A stretch of 59,890 bases of DNA from Patescibacteria group bacterium UBA6033 (GCA_002429325.1 DIZH01000012.1:47338-107227); one strand, 5' to 3'. Counted from the stretch's first letter, positions 24,871 through 35,019 are shown. Notes: generated from the sequence alone by a model not told the origin. Program-made: numbers and translations.

Positions 24871-25362
24871 ATGGTAGCGACTACTGTAGACATCGTCTGG
24901 AAGCGGATACACGCATTCGCACGTGCACGCCCGATGAAAACTTGGCCTGCTCTGGGAGGTCTTTTGCTCATCGCCCCAGGCATGCTCACAATAGGAGCTT
25001 TTGCCTCCCAAAACGCGGCAGTACATGTAAGCGGGCTCAACTTAGATGTGGCATATGCGCCCACAGTTCACTTACGCCAGCCAACCGTACTTTCGCTTTC
25101 TACGATGAGCGTTTTCGGAAACAAGGGACATTTTTCTATTCGCGTTGGGCAAAAACTGCTTCAGAATTTTTCTATCTCTCACATAACGCCTGAGCCTCTC
25201 GCGTCGTATACCGAGAGAGGAGAGAGTGTCTATAGTTTCTCCGGAGGCGGGAAAGATGCAGTCAGTATCACCCTCATACCAAACACTCTTGGCAGAACCG
25301 CGGGAACACTGCAATACGGTCTTGATCCTCCCGTTCCCTTCTCTATAACCACTGCTCCGTAG
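24871..25362 (+). CDS. membrane-anchored hypothetical protein
   Basis: ATG 24871 preferred over GTG 24805; one TM segment (WPALGGLLLIAPGMLTIGAF). Confidence 0.5.
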   Translation: MVATTVDIVWKRIHAFARARPMKTWPALGGLLLIAPGMLTIGAFASQNAAVHVSGLNLDVAYAPTVHLRQPTVLSLSTMSVFGNKGHFSIRVGQKLLQNFSISHITPEPLASYTERGESVYSFSGGGKDAVSITLIPNTLGRTAGTLQYGLDPPVPFSITTAP

Positions 25363-25396
25363 CCCGCGATGACGTCTCACCAGATATACTTATCCT

Positions 25397-25639
25397 ATGA
25401 GAAAAGATTGGATTGAATTTGATAATGCGCTTCACAAGACATTTGAGTTTTCCGACTTCAGAGCGTCGCTAGCATTCGTGAACCGCGTTGGCCGCATTGC
25501 GGAGCTGCTTCAGCATCATCCCGACATAACGATTAGCTACGGCACAGTCTCGATTTCAACCACCACCCATGATGCTGAGAATACCGTCACCGCCAAAGAC
25601 CGCGAGCTAATCGACGCGATTGATGCTATCAACATGTAA
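25397..25639 (+). CDS. 4a-hydroxytetrahydrobiopterin dehydratase (PCD/DCoH family)
   Basis: 80 aa; FEFSDFRASLAFVNRVGRIAELLQHHPDI...ISTTTHD matches the PCD signature. Confidence 0.8.
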   Translation: MRKDWIEFDNALHKTFEFSDFRASLAFVNRVGRIAELLQHHPDITISYGTVSISTTTHDAENTVTAKDRELIDAIDAINM

Positions 25640-25662
25640 GACCTCCCTTGGGCGGTTTTACC

Positions 25663-26589
25663 TCACTCACTGGAAGTGGTGGTAGTTTGGAGTATAGTCC
25701 CTACGGCTTGTCGCATTACGTAACCGGTAATCGGGAATTTCTTCTCAAAAAGAGCTGTGGTCGTAGGAGCATTCAGCGCGCTCAGCTGATACAACCTATC
25801 TGGACTTTGTTCGCCGCTCTCATAGTCTCCTCGGGCGGAACGATATCCCGCTTTCTTCACTATCGCGATGATAGCAGGATTGTAGTTGCCGAAAGGATAC
25901 GCAAACTCATTCACCGATACTCCCAGATGCTGTTCAAGAATGCGCTTACTATCGTTTATTTCACCCCAGAGGGTGCTTGTAGCAACGCGCGTCAGGTAGG
26001 GATGCGAAAGAGAGTGGCTCCCTATAGTCATTCCGGCACTCTGCATTATCTGCAGGTCTTCCCATGAGATAAAGCCATGCCGTCCAATAGAGTTAGTGAA
26101 GATAAAGAACGTTGCAGGGTACTTATTTTTCACAAGAAGCGGAAACGCGTAGGTAAACTGATCTTTCCACCCATCATCGAAGGAAAGAATGACAGGTTTT
26201 TCCGGCAATGCTATATGGCGTTTGAAATAATCCTCAAGGGCAGCAAAAGATATGACGTGATACCCCGCGCGAGCAAGATACATCATTTGTGCATCGAATG
26301 TCTCAGGAGTAAGTGCAAGCGCGCGCACCGCTCGGCTATCATCTGGATAGGCCGGACGCACGATATGGTAGACGAGAATCGGTACATTGATTGACATCGT
26401 GGAAGAGGCCATGGCCGCCGGCATCTCACCCGAAGTTGTCGCTACTTCTGCATAACGGCTCTGATCCTCTGAAGAGGACGGCACTAGCGGCTGCGTACGA
26501 GACTGCTGCTGATTAGCGAGCGTAATAATGCTTACCGCAAGTACTACACAGCACAGAGCGGCCTGGATGAACGGGCGATATCGAGACAT
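25663..26589 (-). CDS. polysaccharide deacetylase (NodB homology domain)
   Basis: ILSFDDGWKDQ (TFDDG-type motif), ATFFIF, HSLSHPYL; N-terminal anchor. Confidence 0.85.
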   Translation of the reverse strand: MSRYRPFIQAALCCVVLAVSIITLANQQQSRTQPLVPSSSEDQSRYAEVATTSGEMPAAMASSTMSINVPILVYHIVRPAYPDDSRAVRALALTPETFDAQMMYLARAGYHVISFAALEDYFKRHIALPEKPVILSFDDGWKDQFTYAFPLLVKNKYPATFFIFTNSIGRHGFISWEDLQIMQSAGMTIGSHSLSHPYLTRVATSTLWGEINDSKRILEQHLGVSVNEFAYPFGNYNPAIIAIVKKAGYRSARGDYESGEQSPDRLYQLSALNAPTTTALFEKKFPITGYVMRQAVGTILQTTTTSSE

Positions 26590-26677
26590 GTCGTTGCAGT
26601 ATACTGGCTTAGGTTCGTCATTCCTAATAACGGTGTATAATTCTTAGGTCTTATTTATTTTAATCACGACATTCATA

Positions 26678-27004
26678 ATGGATACGAATACAACACATGA
26701 GCACGGGTGCGAATCATGCCACGGACATGGCATGATAGGCGATATGTGCGGACATCGCCATTGGCGGCATATCATTATCAAGGTGCTCGTCGCGATATTT
26801 ATCTTCTGGTGCGGTGTCCAGTTCGGCGAACTGAAAGCTTTGATCCATTCATATACCGGCTACGGTATGATGGGCTGGAGTCAGCAAGGAGGCCAGGAGT
26901 ACTCCCAATTCCCTTCCATGATGTATGGCTACGGATATAACAATGTATATGGGACGCCAACACAGGTTCGGACAATGATGGGGACAACGACTCTTATCAA
27001 ATAG
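26678..27004 (+). CDS. His/Cys-rich small membrane protein
   Basis: HEHGCESCHGHGMIGDMCGHRHWRH, then one TM and a Gly/Tyr/Met-rich tail; strong terminator downstream. Confidence 0.5.
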   Translation: MDTNTTHEHGCESCHGHGMIGDMCGHRHWRHIIIKVLVAIFIFWCGVQFGELKALIHSYTGYGMMGWSQQGGQEYSQFPSMMYGYGYNNVYGTPTQVRTMMGTTTLIK

Positions 27005-27016
27005 GAGTCTTGTTTC

Positions 27017-27061
27017 TAAAACAACCGATGAGCGGCCAATGGCCGCTCATCGGTTGTTTTA
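27017..27061. terminator. bidirectional Rho-independent terminator
   Basis: aaaacaaccgatgagcggcc aat ggccgctcatcggttgtttt, a 20-bp perfect stem between convergent genes. Confidence 0.85.
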
Positions 27062-27075
27062 TTCGAGAATCAACT

Positions 27076-28287
27076 TTATTTGTTTAGGGCGGCGCGTGTC
27101 CCAGGACCCACATAGCCGACGCGCTCAAGACCGTGCGCCGCTTGAAATTTCTTGACTGAGGCGGCCGTCATTGGACCAAAGTAACTACTCATCGGTCCCG
27201 AGAAGAAACCAAGTGCAGCCAAACGTTTCTGCAGTTCTAGCACTGCAACACCTCGTGAACCAATACTGAGGCTTTTGGTGAAGAGATATGTTGCAGTTGC
27301 GGCAGGGGTATTCGTTGCCGTATTCACAATAGAAGTAACCGTAGCTGGCGTCTGTACTGTAGCTGGAGCAGTCGTGATTGCTATAGTTACAGTACTCGAG
27401 GCAGCATTGCCGTAAGCATCCGTCGCGGTGACCGTCAACATATGCGTTCCAAGATCAGCAACAATCGGCGTCCAGGTGAAAAGGCCTGTAGCGTTCATAT
27501 TGCTCGCTGCGACCGTCGTCGTCCCAACAAAAGAATCTTGCACGGCATACGTGGTCGTCGCGGACAAATTCGAACTCGCGGCGAAAGAAATGAGTGACCC
27601 GACACCTGCGCTGATGCCAGGTTTAAGTGATTGAATGGATAGCGTCGGATTTATAACGGTGATGGTTTTGGTCGTCTGGGCGTTGTTCCCATAGGGGTCT
27701 GACGCAATAATAGTGAGCATATGTGTCCCGAGGTCATCAGTAGTTGGCGTCCACGTGAATGCCCCTGACGAGGAGATGGTATTTGCGGGAGTTATTGTGC
27801 TCGCTGATGAATCGTACACACCGTAGCTTGGAGTTACGAAGCCAGGTGCCATGACCGTAAAGGTTATAGGGTGACGCACCGCGACTATCGGTCCAGGAGA
27901 AAGATTGGTAACAAGTACGGAGTTGCTCGCCACACGTATATTCACCGTGGAGCTGGCGACATGGTTTAGAGTATCGCTCACGGTAACCGTGACGGCGTGC
28001 GTTCCTGCATCATAGATGCCTGGTATCCAAGTAAAATAGCCAATTTTATCGATACTCCCAGTTGTCGCTCCCGAAGCAGTAAATGCATCGCTAACACCAT
28101 ACGCTGGATCAATAAAGCCATAGGCAGATGTTACGAAGCTCACTATGGTACCAGGAGTGATGACACCCGTAGGCGAGACATTTATTATTTGCACTGACTC
28201 CCCGGTCGCATGTGCTTGCGATCCGACACTTATAGAAAGAACCACGGAGAACAGACCGACAAGAGCGAAGGATAGTTTAGGTGACAT
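27076..28287 (-). CDS. secreted protein with tandem Ig-like repeats and a C-terminal peptidoglycan-binding domain
   Basis: Four repeats of about 90 aa (...GLFTWTPxxxDLGTHMLTV...DAYGN...) and a PG_binding_1-like tail (VAVLELQKRLAALGFFSGPMSSYFGPMTAASVKKFQAAHGL). Confidence 0.8.
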   Translation of the reverse strand: MSPKLSFALVGLFSVVLSISVGSQAHATGESVQIINVSPTGVITPGTIVSFVTSAYGFIDPAYGVSDAFTASGATTGSIDKIGYFTWIPGIYDAGTHAVTVTVSDTLNHVASSTVNIRVASNSVLVTNLSPGPIVAVRHPITFTVMAPGFVTPSYGVYDSSASTITPANTISSSGAFTWTPTTDDLGTHMLTIIASDPYGNNAQTTKTITVINPTLSIQSLKPGISAGVGSLISFAASSNLSATTTYAVQDSFVGTTTVAASNMNATGLFTWTPIVADLGTHMLTVTATDAYGNAASSTVTIAITTAPATVQTPATVTSIVNTATNTPAATATYLFTKSLSIGSRGVAVLELQKRLAALGFFSGPMSSYFGPMTAASVKKFQAAHGLERVGYVGPGTRAALNK

Positions 28288-28320
28288 ATGCTCTATCGTA
28301 TCATTCTCTCGCCTTTTGGA

Positions 28321-28992
28321 TTATGCCGCAGTGAATAGGTGGTCGCGTTCTCGGTATCTTCTCCCGACGACAATACCGACGATAGTGCCGAAAATCGCTC
28401 CGGCAGCAAAATCAGAAAACCAGTGGATGGTTACTGACACTCCTAGACCAATATAGAGCGCATAAGCCGCAGCAAGTATCACCCAAGCGCGCTTGCGCGG
28501 ATAGAGCGTAATGAGCGCTGCTGTCATCGCGAATGCCACAGTCGTATGCGATGAAGGCCACCCCCAGAATATTCCGTTCCGAAAGAAGCCGAAATTAAAG
28601 TTCCTGCTGATATCGTTCGTTACGAGATGAGTCACCAGCTCAGGCTGAATCCGGCCGGTAAAGAATTTATAGAAGGATGAGAGAAGCCATCCCATAATAG
28701 CAGCTTGGCCAAGCGCGGCGCCGACGGTACGGAGACTAATGGATTTCCGTGCTCTGCCCCACAGAGAAAGCCCTAGAGGGACGATAACGGGGACGAGGAA
28801 TCCGAGAAGCGCAGCAGGAAATCCGAGATACAAGAACAGGGCGCTACGGGTTGACTGGAAATACCACCAGTCGAAGCCAGACATTACGAGAAAGTAGGTG
28901 AGGACAATAGCCAGAAGCTGCCACAGCAGATTGACTCCTTTGAAACACCACGTAAAGTTCGAGAATAATTTATACCCCCAGTCTTTAAGCAT
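28321..28992 (-). CDS. PAP2-family membrane phosphatase
   Basis: KFFTGRIQPE (KxxxxxxRP), PSSH (PSGH), SVTIHWFSDFAAG (SRxxxxxHxxxD-like). Confidence 0.8.
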   Translation of the reverse strand: MLKDWGYKLFSNFTWCFKGVNLLWQLLAIVLTYFLVMSGFDWWYFQSTRSALFLYLGFPAALLGFLVPVIVPLGLSLWGRARKSISLRTVGAALGQAAIMGWLLSSFYKFFTGRIQPELVTHLVTNDISRNFNFGFFRNGIFWGWPSSHTTVAFAMTAALITLYPRKRAWVILAAAYALYIGLGVSVTIHWFSDFAAGAIFGTIVGIVVGRRYRERDHLFTAA

Positions 28993-29026
28993 TACTATAT
29001 TCTATACCACTTCCCTTGCCTCTAGT

Positions 29027-29197
29027 TTACAAATATTGAGAGACTTTATAGCCCGCCCATATTCCGACGAAACCTCCTACCGTGCCCCAGATGACCGAGG
29101 AAAAAGAAAGGGGGCTTGCACCCCAAAGCGCAGGAAGAAGCCCGCCGACAGTCGACCCGATGGTAATCCCTATCCAGATGAGCGAACGAGATTGCAT
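29027..29197 (-). CDS. small Gly-rich membrane protein (56 aa; not in the ORF track)
   Basis: My translation is MQSRSLIWIGITIGSTVGGLLPALWGASPLSFSSVIWGTVGGFVGIWAGYKVSQYL; two glycine-zipper helices. Confidence 0.45.
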   Translation of the reverse strand: MQSRSLIWIGITIGSTVGGLLPALWGASPLSFSSVIWGTVGGFVGIWAGYKVSQYL

Positions 29198-29231
29198 ACC
29201 GCACAGTGTACCTCAAAAAGAAGGTCGACTT

Positions 29232-29873
29232 TTATTTTTGCGCCAAGGCAATCCCGCTACTCTCTTTCAGCGGCCGAATGACTATGACTTTCCTTTTCCA
29301 ACCCTTAAGAAAGTTTGTGACGGAGATCTGCTTAGTACCCTTAGTCGTTGCGGGGTCATTGTAGTACACCATACCATCTTTAATACCATTAATGACCACG
29401 AGGTGCGGTATCGTGCTTTTTGGATCGAACTTGTAGTGCACGGACAGGATAACCGGACCATCTTTCAGATAGACCTTGAACTGATTGAAGGCGGCTTCTG
29501 CGCTTAGTTTTGATAAGTCGTAGTACGTGCCGTCGAGACCATATGTTTGGGACAATTTAATCAATCCTTTATATATCCAACCGGCATTGGGGTCGTATGC
29601 ACCCGCAGCGATGCCTTTTTTAAGCATCATGCTCACCGATACCGCCTCCGGGCGATAATAGTTAATCACCATAGCGAGGTCTGTTATCCCGCACCCTACC
29701 TTCTGCCATTTTGGAGATTGAATATCTGTGAACTGCGAATAGAACGGCACGTCTGGGACGGTAGCCTGAGCAATAGGGCCTATATCCTGCACATGCTGTA
29801 TCTGAATAGTTTGCACTCCTGAAGCAGCCGCGATATGTGGGGCCGCAAACAAAAGAGCGAAAAACGCTAACAT
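29232..29873 (-). CDS. C39-like (papain-fold) cysteine peptidase, secreted
   Basis: Signal peptide; VPFYSQ...KWQKVGCGITDLAMVINYY (catalytic Cys context) and PHLVVINGIKDGMVYYNDP (His context). Confidence 0.7.
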   Translation of the reverse strand: MLAFFALLFAAPHIAAASGVQTIQIQHVQDIGPIAQATVPDVPFYSQFTDIQSPKWQKVGCGITDLAMVINYYRPEAVSVSMMLKKGIAAGAYDPNAGWIYKGLIKLSQTYGLDGTYYDLSKLSAEAAFNQFKVYLKDGPVILSVHYKFDPKSTIPHLVVINGIKDGMVYYNDPATTKGTKQISVTNFLKGWKRKVIVIRPLKESSGIALAQK

Positions 29874-29955
29874 TCCGACATTATTTCATATATGCGCAAT
29901 ATGCGGAAGTGTACTCAATCGATATCTGTGCCCTAATAAAATGGGCCTCTCCCAA

Positions 29956-30834
29956 TTAATTCTGCACAAGTACGGGAGTACCGAGATCAGCCCATGCATA
30001 GAGTATTTTTGCTTGCTCGGGCGGCAAGTTCACACAGCCGTGCGACCATAATTCTCCGAAATGGTTGTGCCAGTAAGCACCGTGAATGGCTCCGCCATCC
30101 ATAGTGAAATATAAATCCCACGGCACGCCAGGCAAATCATAATATTGGTCACTTAGACCAACTATCGGACCCTGCATATAGCTATCCGGCATCTTGCGGT
30201 ACACCCAAAATCTCCCAGTAGGCGTCGGCGTCAGTTCAAGACCAGTGGAAATAGGTTGTTGCATGAATACCGTATCGCCTTCGTATGCATAGAGCATTCT
30301 CTGAGCAAGGTCTATTTCAATACGTTTGGTGCTTGAAGCGTTTATCCCCTCATCAGTCATAACCAGCCCTTTGTCGAGAAATAAACGCACGTAGTCGGCA
30401 GCCACATACCAATCATTAACCACCCGTTCAGGATAATGAATCTCTCCATCAAATCCTATCTTGTACCAGGTGCGTCCGTCTTTTATGGTAGTGCTCGCCA
30501 CTTTGAATACTATGCCGTTGCGCAATTGTTTCAGCACAGGAAATTGCACTCCAGGCCCCGAGCGCAAGTTGACGCATGGTCCTTCATCGAAATTCACCCC
30601 GCAACTATCCGTGACCTCTATATACTCGTACAGTCCTGGGTGGGTGGCTGTCGTAGATGTCGCCGTAATGCTCGATGCGATATGTGCTATTACTCCTTGA
30701 CCTGAAGGCGACGTCCATAGCGCGAGACCGAGAATAGCAACGACCGTTCCTGAGAGAAGAGATATAGGGAAGAACTTATGCCGCAGGATTTTTTCCATAT
30801 ACATACTCATTATTATTGACGATCTATACACCAA
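29956..30834 (-). CDS. L,D-transpeptidase (YkuD) with an SH3b-like domain
   Basis: YkuD catalytic motif HGAYWHNHFGELWSHGCVNLP; upstream SH3-like segment (NLRSGPGVQFPVLKQLRNGIVFKV); start may be an internal Met (codons 9-13). Confidence 0.85.
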   Translation of the reverse strand: MVYRSSIIMSMYMEKILRHKFFPISLLSGTVVAILGLALWTSPSGQGVIAHIASSITATSTTATHPGLYEYIEVTDSCGVNFDEGPCVNLRSGPGVQFPVLKQLRNGIVFKVASTTIKDGRTWYKIGFDGEIHYPERVVNDWYVAADYVRLFLDKGLVMTDEGINASSTKRIEIDLAQRMLYAYEGDTVFMQQPISTGLELTPTPTGRFWVYRKMPDSYMQGPIVGLSDQYYDLPGVPWDLYFTMDGGAIHGAYWHNHFGELWSHGCVNLPPEQAKILYAWADLGTPVLVQN

Positions 30835-30877
30835 CTCATTACCCCGCTTAATGAACGAAGTACAGGCTTTCCTTGAA

Positions 30878-30920
30878 TAAGAAGCACAAATCCTCGCTTC
30901 AGCGAGGATTTGTGCTTCTT
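30878..30920 (-). terminator. Rho-independent terminator after the DUF3494 gene
   Basis: 17-bp stem gaagcacaaatcctcgc ttca gcgaggatttgtgcttc. Confidence 0.75.
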
Positions 30921-30931
30921 AAAGTGTTTCT

Positions 30932-31963
30932 TTAGTTAAGGAAAAAACGCTTCCCTATAACTACCATAAGAGACAGTAGTGCAAACCCGAGGATACTAGT
31001 GAACGCGATACTCGTCCAAGACGGAGTGCTCGATTCAGGAGGAAAGCCAGTATTAGGCATTGTCGGAGAAGATGTTACTGCTGTTACCGTAGGTGCCGAA
31101 GTCGTGACAGTAGACTGAGTCTGAACCACAGTAGGAGTCGGCGTTACTGGTGTCAGTGTCGGTGTGACCACAGACGTTGGTGCTGGAACTACAGTGACAG
31201 CGCCCAGCCCGACCGTAGTCGCATCGAGAGTAACGGCTGTCTGCGCAAGCGCTCTACCATGAAGCGTCGCACCCGTATTGAATACGATTGCTGTTTGATC
31301 CAGTATGTTGCCGCTCATGTCAGCAGTCGTTCCAACGGTTGTTTGGCCAGCTACCTGCCAGAATATATTTGCCGCCTGTGCCCCGCCACTGAGGACGATA
31401 TGCACTGCGGAACCCACCGTGAGATTTTGCGCTATCTGGAAAATCCAGACATCATTCGCGCCTCCAGATAGAGTGAGGTTCGTCGGAATGGTTACGTTCG
31501 TACTCCATTTGTAGAGACCTGGAGCGAGAGTCATTCCTCCTATGTTTCCAGCACCTAATTCTGTGGCAGTTGGATTCGTCCTACCAGCGCTATTGGTATA
31601 CGCGACCTGCATGTCGCTGATAGCAGCCGTCATAGTAGCTGGAGTAGGAGGCGTATAGTCAGACGCGAAAGCCTTACCACTCACCAGAGCCGAAGTTGAA
31701 AACGTATTCGAAACATCCATCGTTAATCCAAAGCCTGTTATCGCGCTCGCGGCTATCGGGCTCACGCCGATATTTCCTGTAACTGCCGAAGCACCAGTCG
31801 TCGAGATGCCTGATTTCGCGAGAATAACGAAGTTTCCTGCGGACCCGAGATTCACGAGTGCCGGGCCGGCAGCAAATGCAGTAGACGATCCTACCAAACT
31901 TATCAGAAACGAGGCAGCCACTAGTGCTGCCGTTGAATATGCTCTCACGGTACTATGCTTCAT
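30932..31963 (-). CDS. ice-binding-like (DUF3494) surface protein with a C-terminal sorting-signal-like anchor
   Basis: LGSAGNFVILAKSGISTTGASAVTGNIGVSPIAASAITGF is the DUF3494 N-terminal signature; Thr/Pro/Val linker, MPNTG, then a hydrophobic tail. Confidence 0.75.
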   Translation of the reverse strand: MKHSTVRAYSTAALVAASFLISLVGSSTAFAAGPALVNLGSAGNFVILAKSGISTTGASAVTGNIGVSPIAASAITGFGLTMDVSNTFSTSALVSGKAFASDYTPPTPATMTAAISDMQVAYTNSAGRTNPTATELGAGNIGGMTLAPGLYKWSTNVTIPTNLTLSGGANDVWIFQIAQNLTVGSAVHIVLSGGAQAANIFWQVAGQTTVGTTADMSGNILDQTAIVFNTGATLHGRALAQTAVTLDATTVGLGAVTVVPAPTSVVTPTLTPVTPTPTVVQTQSTVTTSAPTVTAVTSSPTMPNTGFPPESSTPSWTSIAFTSILGFALLSLMVVIGKRFFLN

Positions 31964-32089
31964 GTTTTTGTATGCGTTTATTTACTAGTAGGGACTCCTG
32001 TTCGTACCAGCCGTACAACTGCGTACGATATTACATACATCCGCATAGGATATTAGAACTCTAGGTATCGTAAGGATGCATTGTGCCCT

Positions 32090-33970
32090 ATGCTTAGGGT
32101 AATGGGGAAATTCCGATACAAAATAGCTCAGGAAATAGGTCTGATAGTTTTTCTCATTCTCGTGCTCGTAGCTTCTTATATGGGCGAATCCATATCCGCG
32201 TATTCCTATCTCTTCATTGGAGGAGCTCTTTTGGGAACTGCACCTGTCATATGGGGCGCACTGAGGAATATCATACACGGCGAATGGGCATCCATGGATA
32301 TGCTTGCTTCAGTTGCCCTCGCCTTCTCGCTGTGGAGCCAAGAGTGGGTCTCGTCTGTATTTATTGCACTCATGCTCTCTGCCGCTCGCCTGCTCTCTAT
32401 ACTTACTGAATCTCGGACAGAAAGCAGTATCGGTAGTTTACTCAAACTCCGCCCGAGTATTGCAAAGGTCGAGCGCGAGGGACGCATAGAAACAGTGCCG
32501 ACTGCGCAACTCTCGATTGGCGATGTAGTCGTTGTAGATGCAGGAGATAGAGTGCCGGTTGACGGTGTTGTCATTAAGGGTGAAGCTGCCATCGACGAAT
32601 CATCGCTCACGGGAGAATCATTGCCCGTCGATAAAGAGAAAGATTCTCCGGTATTCAGCTCGACTCTGGTATCATCCGGAAGCATTTATATTCGAGCCGA
32701 GAAAATCGGAAAAGATACGACGCTGGAGAAAATAATTGAGCTCGTGAAGTCTTCGCAGAAAAGCCGTCCCAAAATATATACGCTCGGCGAGCGCTTCGGG
32801 AAAATATATCTTGTCTCTATTTTAGTCGCCGCAGGAACCCTTCTCTTTATCACGCACAATACCGCCCTCGTGCTCGCCGTGGTGCTGGTCGTGTGCGCAG
32901 ATGATGTAGCTATCGCAATCCCGCTCGCATTCTTGGGCGCCATCGGTTCTTCAGCAAAACGCGGCGTTATCGTAAAAGGCGGCGCATATCTCGAGGCACT
33001 CGCGCGGGCGGAGATCTTTGTCTTCGACAAGACAGGTACTCTCACCAAGGGAGCTCTCACTGTTTCTGGCATATACCCTGCTCTAGGATACTCGGAAGAG
33101 GAGGTACTACAGTATTCAGCAATTGCCTCCCGCACCTCCAAGCATCCGCTTTCCCGTGCGATTGTTTCCTATGCACAGAAAAAGGGTTTGAAAGAATTGT
33201 TCCCCGAGACAAGTCATTCAGTTGGAGGCAAGGGAGTTATCGCAACCTACCAGAATTCTGCTCTCCTTATCGGGCGTATGGCGTTCCTTGAGTTTGAGGG
33301 CGTTTCAATTTCCGATGCAGTACGAGATGAAGCGAATCGCCTAGGTGATGAGGGGAAAAGCATCTCGCTTACCGCCCATAACGGCGCGGTACTCGGCATC
33401 ATTGCACTAGAAGATGAGATTAAACACGAAGCGAAGGATGCACTTCTGGCGCTACGGAAGCTTGGTGCTGCGCGCATCGTGATGCTCACAGGAGATAACG
33501 AGCATGTCGCTCGTGTCGTATCGGAAGAGCTTGGCATTACGGAGTTTTATGCCGGTCTCTTGCCTGAAGATAAAGTCACGCGCATTCAAGAACTTCTGAA
33601 GGATGGAGAAGTGGTGATGGTTGGGGATGGTGTGAATGATGCAGCTGCCCTTTCGACTGCGACTGTGGGCATCGCTATGGGAGCCATAGGATACGATGCT
33701 GCGATTGAGTCAGCGCATATCGTTCTTATGACCGACAATCTTGCAAGACTTTCTGAGACAGTTGAACTCTCCCGCCGCGTACAGCACATTGCTGTGGAAG
33801 ATTTCTGGATTTGGGGAGCTACAAACATTTTCGGACTCGCACTCGTCTTTCTAGGAGTTATCGGTCCGGCGGGCGCTGCTGCTTATAATTTTCTCTCAGA
33901 TTTCTTCCCTCTCGGGAATTCCCTGCGCACTTGGGTTAAAGGTCGCAGCCCAGCACCGAAGGTTATATAG
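32090..33970 (+). CDS. P-type ATPase (P1B-like scaffold) lacking the CPC/CPx motif and an N-terminal metal-binding domain
   Basis: DKTGTLT, TGES, MLTGDN, GDGVNDAAAL. The transmembrane motif position reads VCADDVAIAIP instead of CPC. Start is ATG 32090 or 32102 (the track starts at TTG 32081). Confidence 0.85.
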   Translation: MLRVMGKFRYKIAQEIGLIVFLILVLVASYMGESISAYSYLFIGGALLGTAPVIWGALRNIIHGEWASMDMLASVALAFSLWSQEWVSSVFIALMLSAARLLSILTESRTESSIGSLLKLRPSIAKVEREGRIETVPTAQLSIGDVVVVDAGDRVPVDGVVIKGEAAIDESSLTGESLPVDKEKDSPVFSSTLVSSGSIYIRAEKIGKDTTLEKIIELVKSSQKSRPKIYTLGERFGKIYLVSILVAAGTLLFITHNTALVLAVVLVVCADDVAIAIPLAFLGAIGSSAKRGVIVKGGAYLEALARAEIFVFDKTGTLTKGALTVSGIYPALGYSEEEVLQYSAIASRTSKHPLSRAIVSYAQKKGLKELFPETSHSVGGKGVIATYQNSALLIGRMAFLEFEGVSISDAVRDEANRLGDEGKSISLTAHNGAVLGIIALEDEIKHEAKDALLALRKLGAARIVMLTGDNEHVARVVSEELGITEFYAGLLPEDKVTRIQELLKDGEVVMVGDGVNDAAALSTATVGIAMGAIGYDAAIESAHIVLMTDNLARLSETVELSRRVQHIAVEDFWIWGATNIFGLALVFLGVIGPAGAAAYNFLSDFFPLGNSLRTWVKGRSPAPKVI

Positions 33971-33999
33971 AAAAAAGCCGCTCCCCAGCGGCTTTTTCG
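33971..33999 (+). terminator. Rho-independent terminator
   Basis: aagccgct cccc agcggctt followed by TTTT; flanked by an A-run, so possibly bidirectional. Confidence 0.75.
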
Positions 34000-34020
34000 A
34001 GGAGAACGACGATTTCGTTC

Positions 34021-34392
34021 TTATATTTTTTGAAATATCTCGCCAAGGAGCTCGGGCGTTATACTCTCTTTGGCGAGGCATGCGTTCGCCCCGGCTTGGA
34101 GTGCTCGTGTCCTGAGATGGTCGTCCATCTGACTGCTCGTCAAGATGAAAGGAGTGTCTTGCGCTAAGTGCTCGCGCACCTCAACGAGTAGTCCGTATCC
34201 CGTCATCCCCGGCGGCATACTGTAGTCCGATATGACACAGCCGAACTCTCTGGTCACGAGCATCCAAAGCGCCTCCTTTCCATTCTCTGCGGTTTCAACG
34301 GTGTACCCCATCGACCGCAAGAGACGCTCATGGCCCTTGCGAACCGACTTATCGTCGTCGACGACCAGAATTCTCGAATTATGTGCAATCAT
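34021..34392 (-). CDS. stand-alone response regulator receiver
   Basis: ILVVDDDKSVRKGHERLL, acceptor context CVISDYSMPPGMTG, FILTSS. Confidence 0.85.
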   Translation of the reverse strand: MIAHNSRILVVDDDKSVRKGHERLLRSMGYTVETAENGKEALWMLVTREFGCVISDYSMPPGMTGYGLLVEVREHLAQDTPFILTSSQMDDHLRTRALQAGANACLAKESITPELLGEIFQKI

Positions 34393-34452
34393 ACCAGGTA
34401 CCTCCTGTACGGGATGCTACAACACAATTAATGATATGTCTATATTATGTTG

Positions 34453-35019
34453 TTATTTCATCAAACCTTCCAGTACTCCTGCTGATGTAACTTTCAGCAA
34501 GAGTGTGGCCCCAACCGACGGCTGTGCGGTCATAGGTTCGCCAGGCTTGCGTTCTGCATAATTGACCTGCAGTTCCTGCGAGTTAATAGGTATATACATG
34601 GTTTGTGGAGCGATTCTATCTCCAACGAGGAAAGCGTTCGTGGTCTTGTAACCGTCTGCTGTTTTCATAGCGACTACGACGTAGTAGAAGAGCCCGCTGC
34701 CACCAGCATTCTGTGAGACAAGGAAAGCGGTATCTGGGAGGCCATCCCCATTAAGATCACCCGTCGCTTCGTTGCCAAAATATCTGGTCGTGACCATTGA
34801 AGCAGAGCCTGGGGCGGCCGATACTTCAGATATGCCGTTCACTAAAATTACGGATTTCCCATCAATGGTAAACGTCGCGTTCTTTCCGTCGAACACGGCC
34901 TGTTCTTGCGACGGCGAAGGTACTGTCGGCGCTTTTGCAGTTTTTGAAGCAAAAAATATGGTTCCTGCGATTATTACCAAAAGGACGACGACGGACCAGA
35001 TGAGAGTATTTTTATTCAT
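34453..35019 (-). CDS. secreted/anchored hypothetical protein with an FG-GAP/VCBS-like segment
   Basis: N-terminal anchor; GDLNGDGLPDTAFLV motif. Confidence 0.55.
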   Translation of the reverse strand: MNKNTLIWSVVVLLVIIAGTIFFASKTAKAPTVPSPSQEQAVFDGKNATFTIDGKSVILVNGISEVSAAPGSASMVTTRYFGNEATGDLNGDGLPDTAFLVSQNAGGSGLFYYVVVAMKTADGYKTTNAFLVGDRIAPQTMYIPINSQELQVNYAERKPGEPMTAQPSVGATLLLKVTSAGVLEGLMK

